DNA of 64,000 bases from an uncultured Methanosarcinales archaeon (lineage in GTDB: Archaea; Nanobdellota; Nanobdellia; Woesearchaeales; CAYMBN01): assembly GCA_964388715.1 (NCBI GenBank), contig CAYMBN010000006.1, forward strand, positions 1 to 64,000, read 5' to 3'. The notes below the pieces were generated by a model. That model had not been told where the DNA came from. It made no database searches and worked only from the letters and a program-made list of their open reading frames with translations. Position numbers and translations under genes: made by a program. The stretch's first letter is position 1. Each line of letters starts with the position of its first letter. Below are positions 28,392 through 38,580 of the stretch, piece by piece.

Positions 28392-29603
28392 ATGGCAATT
28401 CCGTGGACAAAAAAATATCAACCTAAGAAGATTAAGGATATTCTTGGACATGAGTCTGAGATGAAGCAGTTAAAGAAGTTTGTTGAGGATTTTAAGAAGT
28501 CTAAGAAGAAGGCTGTTATTATCTATGGGCCAAGTGGAAGTGGGAAAACAGCTGCTGCTTATACTTTGGCAGAGAGTGTTGGTTATGAAATTATTGAAGT
28601 AAATGCTTCTAATTTTAGAAATCCTGAACAGCTTAAAAATAGTGTAGGTGCTGCTTCTAAACAGATGAGTTTGTTTTCTAAAGGTAAAGTAATTTTAATT
28701 GATGAAGTAGATGGTTTATCAGGGAGAAAAGATAGAGGTGGTATTAAAGAAATGATTAAGTTGATTGATAATAGTGCTTTTCCAATAATTCTTACATCTA
28801 ACAATCCGTGGAATACTAAGTTTGCTACATTGAGGAAAAGATGTGAAATGGTTCAGTTTAGATCTTTAGATTATAATACTGTTTATGAATTACTTAAGAA
28901 TATTTGTGAAAATGAAAAAATTAAATATGATGATTATTCTCTGAAAAGTTTAGCTAGAAGAGCTGGTGGGGATTTAAGAGGTGCAATAACTGATTTGCAG
29001 TTATTAACAAATAAAGATAATATGCTTGATAAAAATAGTCTTGATGAATTGTCTGGAAGAGCGCAGACAGAATCAATGTTGTCTGCGTTAGTTAAAATAT
29101 TTAAAACAACTGATCCTAATATTGCAAATAGAGCTTTGGATAATGTTAATGAGGATCTTAATCAAGTTATGTTATGGATTGATGAAAATTTACCTATTGA
29201 GTATGATAAACCTAAGGATTTAGCTGAGGCATATGATAAATTATCACGAGCAGATGTTTTTCGAGGTAGAATTAGAAGATGGCAACATTGGCGTTTTATG
29301 GTTTATATGAATAATCTTTTAACAGCTGGTATTGCTGTTAGTAAAGATGAAAAAAAGCATGGTTTTGTGCAGTATAAACCAACGTCTCGTCTATTGAAAT
29401 TATGGTGGGCAAAGCAAAAGAATATTAAGAAGAAGGCAATTGCTGCAAAAATAGCAGAACATACACATTCTTCTGTGAAAGAAACTATTAAATCAGCTCT
29501 TCCTTATTATAAAGTAATTTTTAAGAAAAATAAAGAAATGAGTGCAAAGATTGCTAAACAACTTGATCTAAATAAGGATGAAGTTGCTTGGTTAAGGAAG
29601 TAA
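28392..29603 (+). CDS. rfcL: replication factor C large subunit
   Basis: W..KY.P, GPSGSGKT, EVNAS, LIDEVDG, GDLRGAI.DLQ, WIDEN. Confidence 0.93.
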   Translation: MAIPWTKKYQPKKIKDILGHESEMKQLKKFVEDFKKSKKKAVIIYGPSGSGKTAAAYTLAESVGYEIIEVNASNFRNPEQLKNSVGAASKQMSLFSKGKVILIDEVDGLSGRKDRGGIKEMIKLIDNSAFPIILTSNNPWNTKFATLRKRCEMVQFRSLDYNTVYELLKNICENEKIKYDDYSLKSLARRAGGDLRGAITDLQLLTNKDNMLDKNSLDELSGRAQTESMLSALVKIFKTTDPNIANRALDNVNEDLNQVMLWIDENLPIEYDKPKDLAEAYDKLSRADVFRGRIRRWQHWRFMVYMNNLLTAGIAVSKDEKKHGFVQYKPTSRLLKLWWAKQKNIKKKAIAAKIAEHTHSSVKETIKSALPYYKVIFKKNKEMSAKIAKQLDLNKDEVAWLRK

Positions 29604-30548
29604 TTATTTCTTAAAAGTTGTTACTGGTCGTGATTGTGTGAGGTATATTTTTCTTCCTTCAACAGCCCATTCTATGTCTTGTGGAAATTTATAGTGTTTT
29701 TCTACTTTTTTACCAAGTTCTGCTAATTCTGTTATTTCATGGTCAGTTAAAACTTGTTTTTCTGGATCAGGGATGTTTTTTCTTGTGTTTTCTCCTGTTT
29801 CTTCATCTCTGAAAAGGCCCCATTCTTGTTCATTAACTGTTTTTTCTTTTATGTTAAGAGAATGTTTGTTAACAATGTATAAGTCTGGGTTGATGCTTCC
29901 TGAGACTACTGATTCACCTAATCCAAATGCTCCTTCAATTATGATTTCATCTTCACTGTTTGTAACTGGGTTAACAGAAAATAGAACTCCTGCTTTGTCT
30001 GAATTAACCATTTTTTGTATAACAACTGCAATGAAAACTTCTTCGTGTTTAAAGTTGTTTTTTTCTCTGTAATAGATTGCACGAGCAGTAAATAATGATG
30101 CCCAACATTTTTGAGTAGCTTCAACAACGTTTTTTGCACCTTTTACATTAAGGAATGTTGCTTGTTGTCCTGCAAAACTTGCATCTGGTAAGTCTTCTGC
30201 TGTTGCAGATGAACGTACTGCTACAAAAGTGTCAATCAAATCGTAGTTTGTGATTGTATCTTGTTTAATCTCTTCTGGCATTTCTGCGCTTGTGATAATA
30301 TGTTGAATTTCATTAGAAGCTTTTTGCAGTGCTTCAGTATCTTCAACATCAAGATCAGCTAATTTGTCAAATATTTTTTTTTGTATTCCTGTTCTTTCTA
30401 AGAAAAGTTTGTAAGCGTCTGCTGTAACAACAAAACCTTCTGGAATTGGAAAGTCTGCGTTGAATAGTTCACCAAGGTTAGCTCCTTTTCCACCTACAAT
30501 TGGAATATCTTTCTTGCTTAAATCTTTAAACCACATTATATTTTGCAT
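29604..30548 (-). CDS. stand-alone PEP synthase/PPDK N-terminal ATP-grasp domain protein
   Basis: VGGKGANLGEL, AVRSSATAEDLPDASFAGQ, GLGESVVSG, DIEWA, QSRPVT then stop; lacks the His and PEP/pyruvate domains. Confidence 0.92.
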   Translation of the reverse strand: MQNIMWFKDLSKKDIPIVGGKGANLGELFNADFPIPEGFVVTADAYKLFLERTGIQKKIFDKLADLDVEDTEALQKASNEIQHIITSAEMPEEIKQDTITNYDLIDTFVAVRSSATAEDLPDASFAGQQATFLNVKGAKNVVEATQKCWASLFTARAIYYREKNNFKHEEVFIAVVIQKMVNSDKAGVLFSVNPVTNSEDEIIIEGAFGLGESVVSGSINPDLYIVNKHSLNIKEKTVNEQEWGLFRDEETGENTRKNIPDPEKQVLTDHEITELAELGKKVEKHYKFPQDIEWAVEGRKIYLTQSRPVTTFKK

Positions 30549-30583
30549 GATTATCACCTTTATATCTTATTTGGGATTTGTTT

Positions 30584-33571
30584 TTATATTTTTCTAATAA
30601 TTCCTTTGTTTGCATCGACTTCTACTAAATCATTATCTTTGAAGACTTTAGTGGCTATTTTTGTGCCGATGATGCATGGTTTACCTAATTCTCGGCTTAC
30701 GATTGCTGCGTGGCAAGTTATCCCACCCATGTCTGTAACTATTGCAGCTGATTTTTTCATTGCAACAACAATTTCAGGATCTGTCATACGTGAAACTAAT
30801 ATATCTCCTGGGTTCATTTTGTGTAAATCCTTAGGATGATTAATAATCTTTACTGTTCCTTTGGCATAACCACCTTTTGCGCAATAACCTTTGATTTCAT
30901 TTACATTGAGATTAACTTTTTCTTCTCTTATAAGATTAATTTCTTTTACAAATTCTCTAGCTTTATCTCCAACAAAAACTTTAGTTTGACCATTTTCAAA
31001 GTATATGAAACTGTATTTGTAACGTTCTTCTAGTTCCTCTTTGTTAAACTTTTTTCCTAAAAGAAATGGTTTGATTTCCCAAGGTAAGGTAAATCTTAAT
31101 AGATTTAAGTTAATCTTTAAACGTTTTGCAATTTCTTTTAATAAACCTTCAGCAGCATAAAATCCAAAAAATAATGCGTCTTTGCTTGATGCTTTAACAT
31201 CAATTGATTCTTCTGCAAGTTGAATTAATTTTTTGTGTTTTTCATCAAGATTTAGTTTTCTAAGAATCTCTTTTTTTTGTTTTTTGATTGTCTCTGGTTC
31301 TTCTAATAGTTTTTTTAGTTCATTTTGTAAAATCTGTTTATCTTGAGTAAGTAAATCTTTCATTGATTTAATAAAATGTTCATCATTCCATGCTGGACCA
31401 GTAAGTCCGTAAGGTAACCATTTATAGTTATCAATGTGCTTTCTTAGTTTTTGTTTGATTTGTTGTGACGTTATATTTTTTTCTGACTTTAATTCAATTG
31501 CAAGTTGTAAAAATTCTTCTTTTTCAAGACGAGGAAAATTCTTTTTAAGTGGTGTTGAGAGAATAGCAAAAGTAGCACTAGGTTCTAGATTGAGTTTTTG
31601 TTTTTTTATTTGAGAATTTAAATAGTTAAGCATGTATTTAGTAAATACTTCGTAATATGTTTCCATTATCCAAATTGGTGCTCTTCTTTTGTGAGAAGAA
31701 TTATGTAATAATTCAAATTGTTTGTATAAATCCGCTAGTTCTTGATTAGTTTTATTAGTGAAATCTGTTTTTAGTAATTCTTGGCTAAAATCAAGCAATT
31801 GTTTTCCAAATTTTTCAATATCTTTGTTGACCTGATTTAATTTATCTGGGTTGTTTAAAATGATTTTTAAGTAATCTTCACCTAATTTTTTCCATTCTTT
31901 TTGTACAAAAACATAATTACCTTTTCCTTTAATGAATTCTGTACCATCAACTTTAAAATTTAATAGGCCTAATGATTCCATTTCTGAAGTAATACTTCTA
32001 AGTGGAGAAGCAGCAAATAAGTAATGTGTCATTTCAGCTTCCTCAACAACAAACCAGTTATCTTTTACTTTAATTTTTTTTACTGTTCCATTTGTTGCTT
32101 CTACTTCTACTTCTTCTCCATCTTTTAACACGTGTGTTGCAATTTTTGTACCTATTACACAGGGTGTTTGTAATTCGCGGCTAACTATGGCTGCATGACA
32201 TGTAATTCCACCCATATCTGTTATAATTGCTGCTGCTTTTTCCATTGCAGGCACTAAATTAGGATTTGTTGAATGTGAAACCATTATATCCCCTTTATTC
32301 ATTTTAAAGATTTCTGATGTGTGGTTTATTACCTTAACAGTACCTTTTGCATAACCTTGATAAGCACAACTTCCTTTTAACTCAGAAACATTTTCAATTT
32401 TTTTAGCATCCTTGTACAAATCATTAAACTTTTTTTCAGCTTCTTCGCCAACTAAAAAAGTTTCTTTTCCATTAAGGTCAATCATATATAATCCCTTGTC
32501 AAATCTTTGTTTTAAAATTTCAGAATCATATTCACCTGTTTCAAGTGCTTTAATTAATTCTTCTGGTAGAAAGTATCTTACTTCATCTAAAGTTGAGTTG
32601 AGTCTTTTTGCAACCTCCTCTAAAAAAGGAGTTATAACATAGCAAGCAAAATAAGTTACATCTTTTCTGTAACCTTTAATAAATACTGTTTCTGATAATG
32701 CCTCCATTATCAATTGATTATACTTGTTAAAATCTAATTTTTTTATTAAAGCTTCTCTTGTTTTAGATAAAGATTTTTCGTATTCTAGCTTTGCTTTTAT
32801 TGTTTCAGCGGTTTCTTCTTCTAACATTTGTTTGAGTTTAACTAAAAAGTAATCAATATCCCAAGCGGGTCCTTCATACATGTAAGGTAACCAAAGATAT
32901 TCTTTATAATGTTCAAATATAGCATTATAAATTTCAGGTTTTTTAGATTTTAATAATTTAAGATCTTTTTGCTTAATAATTTCACAAACTTCTTTATCTT
33001 GATAAATTTTAATAAATAATTGGTTCAATTCCTTTTCTTCTTTTTTCAAATAACTTGATTCTGTAGGAGTTGATAATAAAACAAAAGTTTTAGTGGGATT
33101 AATATCTAACCCTTTTTCTTTAATTCTTTTATCAATAATTTGTTTTGCAAAAGTTGTTAAGTATTCATGTTCAAATTCAAGCATGTTTCCAAAAAAACCG
33201 TATCCATGTACAGGTGCATAGTGATGATAATATTTTTTATATAAATCAGCTAATTCATTGTTTGTTAATTTACTAAAATTCACTCGTCTTAAACTATCAC
33301 AAAACTCTTTCCAATCATTAGAATATTGTTTTAATTCTTTGTTTATTTTTTTATACCATTTAGGATCTGACTTGAGTTTATTAAATATTTCTAAAGCAAC
33401 TTTACCAAATCTTTCTTTTGGGTAAATTATTGTAATTCTTCTATGTTTATAAAAAACTGCACAATTTAATCTTAGTTTATCTTCCCAAATAGTTGAATAC
33501 CTAAGATAACCCACTGTTTGCATAGGAAAAATCCCAAATATTTTTTCGAATAAAAACCATTCTTGTTTCAT
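30584..33571 (-). CDS. tandem double (helical domain + phospho-His swivel domain) protein
   Basis: Two TDMGGITCHAAIVSREL motifs (mid-protein and C-terminus); both helical halves share T..LLSTP/AILSTP and Y.WLPY...GPAW. Confidence 0.9.
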   Translation of the reverse strand: MKQEWFLFEKIFGIFPMQTVGYLRYSTIWEDKLRLNCAVFYKHRRITIIYPKERFGKVALEIFNKLKSDPKWYKKINKELKQYSNDWKEFCDSLRRVNFSKLTNNELADLYKKYYHHYAPVHGYGFFGNMLEFEHEYLTTFAKQIIDKRIKEKGLDINPTKTFVLLSTPTESSYLKKEEKELNQLFIKIYQDKEVCEIIKQKDLKLLKSKKPEIYNAIFEHYKEYLWLPYMYEGPAWDIDYFLVKLKQMLEEETAETIKAKLEYEKSLSKTREALIKKLDFNKYNQLIMEALSETVFIKGYRKDVTYFACYVITPFLEEVAKRLNSTLDEVRYFLPEELIKALETGEYDSEILKQRFDKGLYMIDLNGKETFLVGEEAEKKFNDLYKDAKKIENVSELKGSCAYQGYAKGTVKVINHTSEIFKMNKGDIMVSHSTNPNLVPAMEKAAAIITDMGGITCHAAIVSRELQTPCVIGTKIATHVLKDGEEVEVEATNGTVKKIKVKDNWFVVEEAEMTHYLFAASPLRSITSEMESLGLLNFKVDGTEFIKGKGNYVFVQKEWKKLGEDYLKIILNNPDKLNQVNKDIEKFGKQLLDFSQELLKTDFTNKTNQELADLYKQFELLHNSSHKRRAPIWIMETYYEVFTKYMLNYLNSQIKKQKLNLEPSATFAILSTPLKKNFPRLEKEEFLQLAIELKSEKNITSQQIKQKLRKHIDNYKWLPYGLTGPAWNDEHFIKSMKDLLTQDKQILQNELKKLLEEPETIKKQKKEILRKLNLDEKHKKLIQLAEESIDVKASSKDALFFGFYAAEGLLKEIAKRLKINLNLLRFTLPWEIKPFLLGKKFNKEELEERYKYSFIYFENGQTKVFVGDKAREFVKEINLIREEKVNLNVNEIKGYCAKGGYAKGTVKIINHPKDLHKMNPGDILVSRMTDPEIVVAMKKSAAIVTDMGGITCHAAIVSRELGKPCIIGTKIATKVFKDNDLVEVDANKGIIRKI

Positions 33572-33619
33572 TTTTACTAGATTAATGTATTTTATTATTT
33601 AAATATTGTTTGTGAAATG

Positions 33620-33829
33620 TTATTCAAACCGCCAACCACATTTTTGGCATGGTTCTAATTTACTGTTCATGATATTATTGCATTCTCTACATCTTAATAT
33701 GAAGTCAACTTTAATACCATTTTGCCAAATGTTAAAACCACAATGAGGACATTTCTTGACATCGTAATCGTCATCTATAACATTATTACAACGTTTGCAC
33801 CTTCTTAAGTAATGGTTCCAAAGTTTCAT
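33620..33829 (-). CDS. double zinc-ribbon small protein
   Basis: Four CxxC pairs in 69 aa. Confidence 0.7.
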   Translation of the reverse strand: MKLWNHYLRRCKRCNNVIDDDYDVKKCPHCGFNIWQNGIKVDFILRCRECNNIMNSKLEPCQKCGWRFE

Positions 33830-33831
33830 TT

Positions 33832-33984
33832 TTAAACATCATCCCTATATTGATCTATGATGTTAAAACATTGTGTGCAAACTACCATGAATACATTAAA
33901 TACAGGATCTACTGTTACATGGTCCATTATTGTATTACCACATTTTGGGCAAGTGTATTCTGGTTTTGATGGAATTTTGATCAC
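33832..33984 (-). CDS. zinc-ribbon microprotein (about 50 aa, not in the ORF track)
   Basis: VIKIPSKPEYTCPKCGNTIMDHVTVDPVFNVFMVVCTQCFNIIDQYRDDV*; fills the gap between co-oriented neighbours; start codon uncertain. Confidence 0.65.
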   Translation of the reverse strand: MIKIPSKPEYTCPKCGNTIMDHVTVDPVFNVFMVVCTQCFNIIDQYRDDV

Positions 33985-33989
33985 CTTTT

Positions 33990-34181
33990 TTAGATTGCTA
34001 GTTTAAAACCACTAGGACTAACAAAATGATTATGGCCTGTTCTTAGGAAAAGTGTTTTTTCCTTGTATTCTTTTGTGATTGGATCTTTATATCTATGTTT
34101 TGCTGAAAAGTTTATTCCTTTAACTAATTCAATTGCTTGTTTAATTTCAATTTCCACAAATGAATCAAGTGTTTTTTTCAT
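33990..34181 (-). CDS. small hypothetical protein
   Basis: 63-aa ORF heading the small-gene run; TATA-like element about 27 nt upstream. Confidence 0.55.
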   Translation of the reverse strand: MKKTLDSFVEIEIKQAIELVKGINFSAKHRYKDPITKEYKEKTLFLRTGHNHFVSPSGFKLAI

Positions 34182-34274
34182 GTTACTACTTAGCAGTCCA
34201 TTATGATATATAAAATCTAGTTGTAGTGGTTCACTATGACAAAGTTTATATATTAGTATAACCTTATTTAATAC

Positions 34275-35027
34275 ATGAAATTGGCTGTTTTACAGAAAGT
34301 ATTGTCAAAGAATGAGGCGTTGGTTTATCTTAAATTGTTAAGGCTTGGAAATGCCTCAGCAAGCCAAATAATTGATGCTACAGGGCTTCACAGGGCGAAT
34401 GTGTATGATGCTCTTGACAGATTAGCTATAAAAGGGCTTGTAAGTAATGTGATAAGAAAGAACAAGAATTTCTTTGAAGCTGCTCATCCTGGCAAGATAA
34501 TTGAAATTCTTGAGGATAAGAAAAAGGTAATTGATGTTGATGAAGAAAATATTAAAGCAGTAATGCCTGAATTAGAGCTTGACTTTAATATGATAAAGGA
34601 AAGGCAGGAAGTACATTATTATAAAGGCAAAGAAGGGCTTAAAACACTTTATGATGAAATATATAAAGGGATTAAACCAAAAACAAAGATGTATGCAATT
34701 GGTGCTATGGGTACAATGCGAGATATCTTTAAGTATAGTTTCAAATCAAAGTGGCTTAAAATGGCTGAGAAAAAAAATGTTAAATTTCATATTTTATATT
34801 ATAGTACAGCAAAAAAAATCCCAAATCTTAGATTTAGTAAAAATCTTGCAATAAGGTTTTTGCCAGAATCTGTAAAATTAACACCCTCAACAACTTATAT
34901 TTTTGAGAATAAGTTTGCAATTGTATCTCTTGATACTATGATTGGAGTACTAATAGAAAATAAAGATATTGTAAGTGTTTATAAGAGTTATTTTGAATTG
35001 ATGTGGAGTGTTTCTGAGGAGAATTAA
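34275..35027 (+). CDS. TrmB-family transcriptional regulator
   Basis: LSKNEALVY..LL wHTH, R.NVYD.L.RL..KGLV, Y.GKEG.K, PLD-like C-domain ending YFE.MW. Confidence 0.88.
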   Translation: MKLAVLQKVLSKNEALVYLKLLRLGNASASQIIDATGLHRANVYDALDRLAIKGLVSNVIRKNKNFFEAAHPGKIIEILEDKKKVIDVDEENIKAVMPELELDFNMIKERQEVHYYKGKEGLKTLYDEIYKGIKPKTKMYAIGAMGTMRDIFKYSFKSKWLKMAEKKNVKFHILYYSTAKKIPNLRFSKNLAIRFLPESVKLTPSTTYIFENKFAIVSLDTMIGVLIENKDIVSVYKSYFELMWSVSEEN

Positions 35028-35743
35028 GCTGCTTCTGCTTCTTCACTGCCTTCATCTGTTTCTTCTGAGTTTTCTTGGTATACTGATTCAAATGGTTTTT
35101 CAGATTTTTCTTTTGGAGATACCTGCACTGTCATTCCCTTGTATGTTACTTTGATTACTTTTTTTCCGTCTTTATTTTCAATGTTAATAACATATTCTTC
35201 TCCTGTGTCAAAAGTGCCTCTAATACTATTTAAATTTCTTTTGCCAAGATATTTTATAAGTGAAGCTTCTACAACAGGTGAGTGACTTACAACAGCTGCA
35301 TAAACTTTTCCATTTAGTTTATCGGATTTTTTAATTATGTCTTCAATTACACTAATTATTCCGTCTCCTGAACTAGGAGATCTGTCAAGAATCTTTTGAC
35401 ATAATTCAGTATTTGACATAGGATTTCCGCTTAATTTTCTTTTTTTCTCTTCTCTTTTAAGATCATCTGGAAAAGGAGCAGGATTTAATCTGTTATCTTG
35501 TCTGTAATTTGAAGCCAAGCCAGCACCTTTGTAAATATTATCAATTGATTGTCTTGTCCTAAACTTCTGAGAATGATAACCAAGAACATGATTACATTGA
35601 TTAATTTCATATTCTAAGTTTTTTCCAGTATTATAAGCATCTTGAAGGCCTGATTTGGAGAGTTTATCAAGAGATTCTTTAGTAACAGGATCTTTTGCTT
35701 TATCATAATGCCTTCTGACTGAAATTATGGTTTGGTATGCCAT
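35024..35743 (-). CDS. histidine phosphatase (phosphoglycerate mutase-like) superfamily protein
   Basis: N-terminal RH, LS..G, S...RT.Q, VVSH. Confidence 0.6.
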   Translation of the reverse strand: MAYQTIISVRRHYDKAKDPVTKESLDKLSKSGLQDAYNTGKNLEYEINQCNHVLGYHSQKFRTRQSIDNIYKGAGLASNYRQDNRLNPAPFPDDLKREEKKRKLSGNPMSNTELCQKILDRSPSSGDGIISVIEDIIKKSDKLNGKVYAAVVSHSPVVEASLIKYLGKRNLNSIRGTFDTGEEYVINIENKDGKKVIKVTYKGMTVQVSPKEKSEKPFESVYQENSEETDEGSEEAEAA

Positions 35744-35867
35744 ATTAAGCCTATATAATTCTAAGTATTTAAACTTTTTGATTTTTTACTACTATTAAGT
35801 GATATTTTAGGTTGAGCTTTGTTGTGATTGTTTATCGAGAAAAATTTAAATACTAAAAAAGTAATAT

Positions 35868-36056
35868 ATGTCTAAAATGATTAAAAAAATCAATTTAAAG
35901 ATATCACCTGTTGAGTTAGCTAAGAAACTTGATCAAGCTAAAAAGGAAGGAAAAGATTATATTGAAGTTGTTACAGAAGAAGGTAATAAAGTAAGGATCT
36001 CTTTAAAAGATAAACATGGCATGCAAGCTGTTACTAGATATGATAGAATGGATTAG
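35868..36056 (+). CDS. small hypothetical protein
   Basis: 62-aa ORF with TTTAAATA upstream. Confidence 0.55.
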   Translation: MSKMIKKINLKISPVELAKKLDQAKKEGKDYIEVVTEEGNKVRISLKDKHGMQAVTRYDRMD

Positions 36057-36883
36057 AGACCTAAGAAATTAATTACATTATGAGTAACATAAGCTTCTAT
36101 ATATGCTGCTATTAGCAGCATTACTACTGCAATAAAGAATATTACTAATGCATCTGTGATGATTTGGGTGAAACGTTTTGAAAATATCTTTTCTCTTAAA
36201 GTAGCTGTTGATACAACTCCACCTGATAAGGCTACAAGAAAATATGCAACTGCTTCTGCAAATAGATGTGGAAGTACTGCAATTAAAGTTATAAAAAAGT
36301 AAACAAATGGGTTTCTATTGCCAATAATGGCAGCGTTTTTAGCTATTAGTCCAAAGATAACACCCCAAACCGAAGCATTCCATGTTAAAATTAAAATTGC
36401 ACCTGCACCATAAATAAAAGAAGCAACAAGACAGATTATTAAAATTTTAAAGTTGTGGGTAAAAACAATATTAAATGTACTTGGTGAAGCTGCTCTTCCA
36501 ACTTCTCCAACTATTTGTATCTGATCTGCAAAAATTCTACTTGTAGCCATATTAGGTAAAACTATTGAGAAAAATGAAAATGTGAGAAGTATACCTAAAA
36601 ATAAGTAAAGGTAAATTTTAGTAATATTTTTATGCTCTTTGAAAAGGTGAATAAGATTAAAAGTACTATCTCTTGCTTCTTCATTTTCTTCTATAATTAG
36701 GAGTTTGTTTAGTGAAGGAAGTATAAGTAAGGATGTAAAAGCAATCGCAATTAAACCAGGATCATCTGGAAATAATAACATTGCTGAGAAAATACCTAAA
36801 ACAGAGTATGCTATTCCAAGAAGAATTGAATAGTAAGGTTTTTTTGATATCCATTTTACAGGGTAAATTTGTTCTAATACCAT
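36053..36883 (-). CDS. SpoIIM/DUF95-family membrane protein
   Basis: multi-TM; YGAGAILILTWNASVWG, LPH..E, AAYIE. Confidence 0.8.
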   Translation of the reverse strand: MVLEQIYPVKWISKKPYYSILLGIAYSVLGIFSAMLLFPDDPGLIAIAFTSLLILPSLNKLLIIEENEEARDSTFNLIHLFKEHKNITKIYLYLFLGILLTFSFFSIVLPNMATSRIFADQIQIVGEVGRAASPSTFNIVFTHNFKILIICLVASFIYGAGAILILTWNASVWGVIFGLIAKNAAIIGNRNPFVYFFITLIAVLPHLFAEAVAYFLVALSGGVVSTATLREKIFSKRFTQIITDALVIFFIAVVMLLIAAYIEAYVTHNVINFLGL

Positions 36884-36886
36884 TTT

Positions 36887-38407
36887 TTATTTTTTTAGTT
36901 TGCCTGATTTTTCAAATTTTTCTTCTTGATTAAGTAGTTTTGTTAAAACTTCTTTTAAGTCTTTTATTTTTACTCTTATTTGTTTTGTAGTGTTGCGATC
37001 TCTAACAGTCACACTTTTACTTTTTGAAGTGTCAAAGTCAATTGTAATACCATAAGGAATGCCTATTTCATCTGCTCTGGCATAGCGTCTACCAATTGAA
37101 CCACCTTTGTCAAATTGTGTTGTAAAGTGTAATTTGAGTTCTTCGTGGACTTTTTTTGCATCTTTTTCCAGTTTGTTAACAAGAGGAAAGATGCCTAATT
37201 GAATTGGAACAAGTGAAGGATGGAGTTTTAATACAATATTTCCTCTTTTTTTATCATCATTGTAAGCATCATACATAAAAATTAAAAAAGCTCTATCAAC
37301 TCCCTGTGAAGGTTCTGCCGCAACATAGGGCACAATCTTTTGTTTGGTTTCCTCATCATAAACAGAAATATCTTTTTTACTTACTTTTATGTGTTGGTTA
37401 AGATCATATTGAGTACGGTCTGCATTACCATGGATTTCTTTCCAACCAAATGGAAAATTGTATTCAATATCAAAGCATGCTCCTGCATAATGTGCAAGTT
37501 CTTGTTTTTTATGTTCTCTTAATCTTAGATTAGCTGGTTTTACTCCTAAATCTAAGAACCATTTATAATTTAATGCAAGCCAATAAGCATGCCATTGTGT
37601 TGCTATTTTTTTTGTCATTATTTCTTTTATTGTTACTTGCTTATGTTTTGGTAATTTTTTTTCTTGATCTTTTTCAGTTAGAAGATTTACCTTCATATTT
37701 TGAACTTTTTTTAGGAGTGGGCAATTGTTGATTTTATCTGGATGAACAAAATATTCTATTTCCATTTGTTCGAATTCTCTGCTTCTAAACAAGAAATCTC
37801 TTGGAGAAATTTCATTTCTAAATGCTTTACCAACTTGTGCAATACCAAAAGGAAGTTTCATACGTGCATTGTCATGTACTAATTTAAAGTCTGCAAAAAT
37901 TAATTGTGCTGTTTCAGGTCTTAAATAAGCAATACTATCTTCTTTTTCTAATGGACCAACATATGTTTTAAACATAAGATTGAATTTTCTTCCTAAACCA
38001 AGTTTACTTTTACATTTTGGACAATCTATTTTTTCTTTTTGTATTGTCTTGTTTATTTCTTCTACTGACATTCCATCTGTAGATATGTTAAGTTTGTCTT
38101 CAATTAAGAAGTCTGCCCTAAAACGATTTTTACATTTTTCACATTCAAGCATAACATCTGTAAATGAAGAAACGTGACCAGAAGCTTCCCAAATTTTTTT
38201 ATGAGTTATGATTGAACCATCAATTCCAACAACATCATCTCTTTGATGTACAAAAGTTTTCCACCAATGTTGTTTGATATTGTTTTTTAGTTCAACTCCT
38301 AATGGGCCAAAGTCCCAAAAACCTGCTAAAGAACCATATATTTCTGAGTCCTGATAAACAAATCCTTTTTTCTTACAAAATGTAGCCATTTCTTCTATAT
38401 TAAGCAT
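36887..38407 (-). CDS. glyS: glycyl-tRNA synthetase (alpha2 type)
   Basis: LRPETAQ, GKAFRNEISPR, REFEQMEIE, LAHY, EPSQGVDR, SIGRRYARADEIG. Confidence 0.97.
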   Translation of the reverse strand: MLNIEEMATFCKKKGFVYQDSEIYGSLAGFWDFGPLGVELKNNIKQHWWKTFVHQRDDVVGIDGSIITHKKIWEASGHVSSFTDVMLECEKCKNRFRADFLIEDKLNISTDGMSVEEINKTIQKEKIDCPKCKSKLGLGRKFNLMFKTYVGPLEKEDSIAYLRPETAQLIFADFKLVHDNARMKLPFGIAQVGKAFRNEISPRDFLFRSREFEQMEIEYFVHPDKINNCPLLKKVQNMKVNLLTEKDQEKKLPKHKQVTIKEIMTKKIATQWHAYWLALNYKWFLDLGVKPANLRLREHKKQELAHYAGACFDIEYNFPFGWKEIHGNADRTQYDLNQHIKVSKKDISVYDEETKQKIVPYVAAEPSQGVDRAFLIFMYDAYNDDKKRGNIVLKLHPSLVPIQLGIFPLVNKLEKDAKKVHEELKLHFTTQFDKGGSIGRRYARADEIGIPYGITIDFDTSKSKSVTVRDRNTTKQIRVKIKDLKEVLTKLLNQEEKFEKSGKLKK

Positions 38408-38524
38408 AATTAAACACCTTTTAAGAGTATATTATTGGTTGATATTTATATAGGTTTTGGAAATTGAATTTTTGATTTCTTAAATTTTAATAGTAAAGTT
38501 TATATATAACTATATCTTTCTTAT

Positions 38525-38580
38525 TTCTGAATTACTGAAAATTGAATATTATTGTAAAAAGTATTTTCAGAAAATCAGAA
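38525..38580. repeat. 18-bp inverted repeat (16/18 paired, 20-nt spacer) between the TATA box and the AbrB start
   Basis: TTCTGAATTACTGAAAAT (38525-38542) / ATTTTCAGAAAATCAGAA (38563-38580). Confidence 0.7.

Noticed and set aside
29604..33571. Annotation as an ordinary or frameshifted PEP synthase (ppsA)
   Set aside because: Domain order is wrong, the His domain is duplicated, the pyruvate-binding barrel is absent, and both ORFs have clean starts and stops
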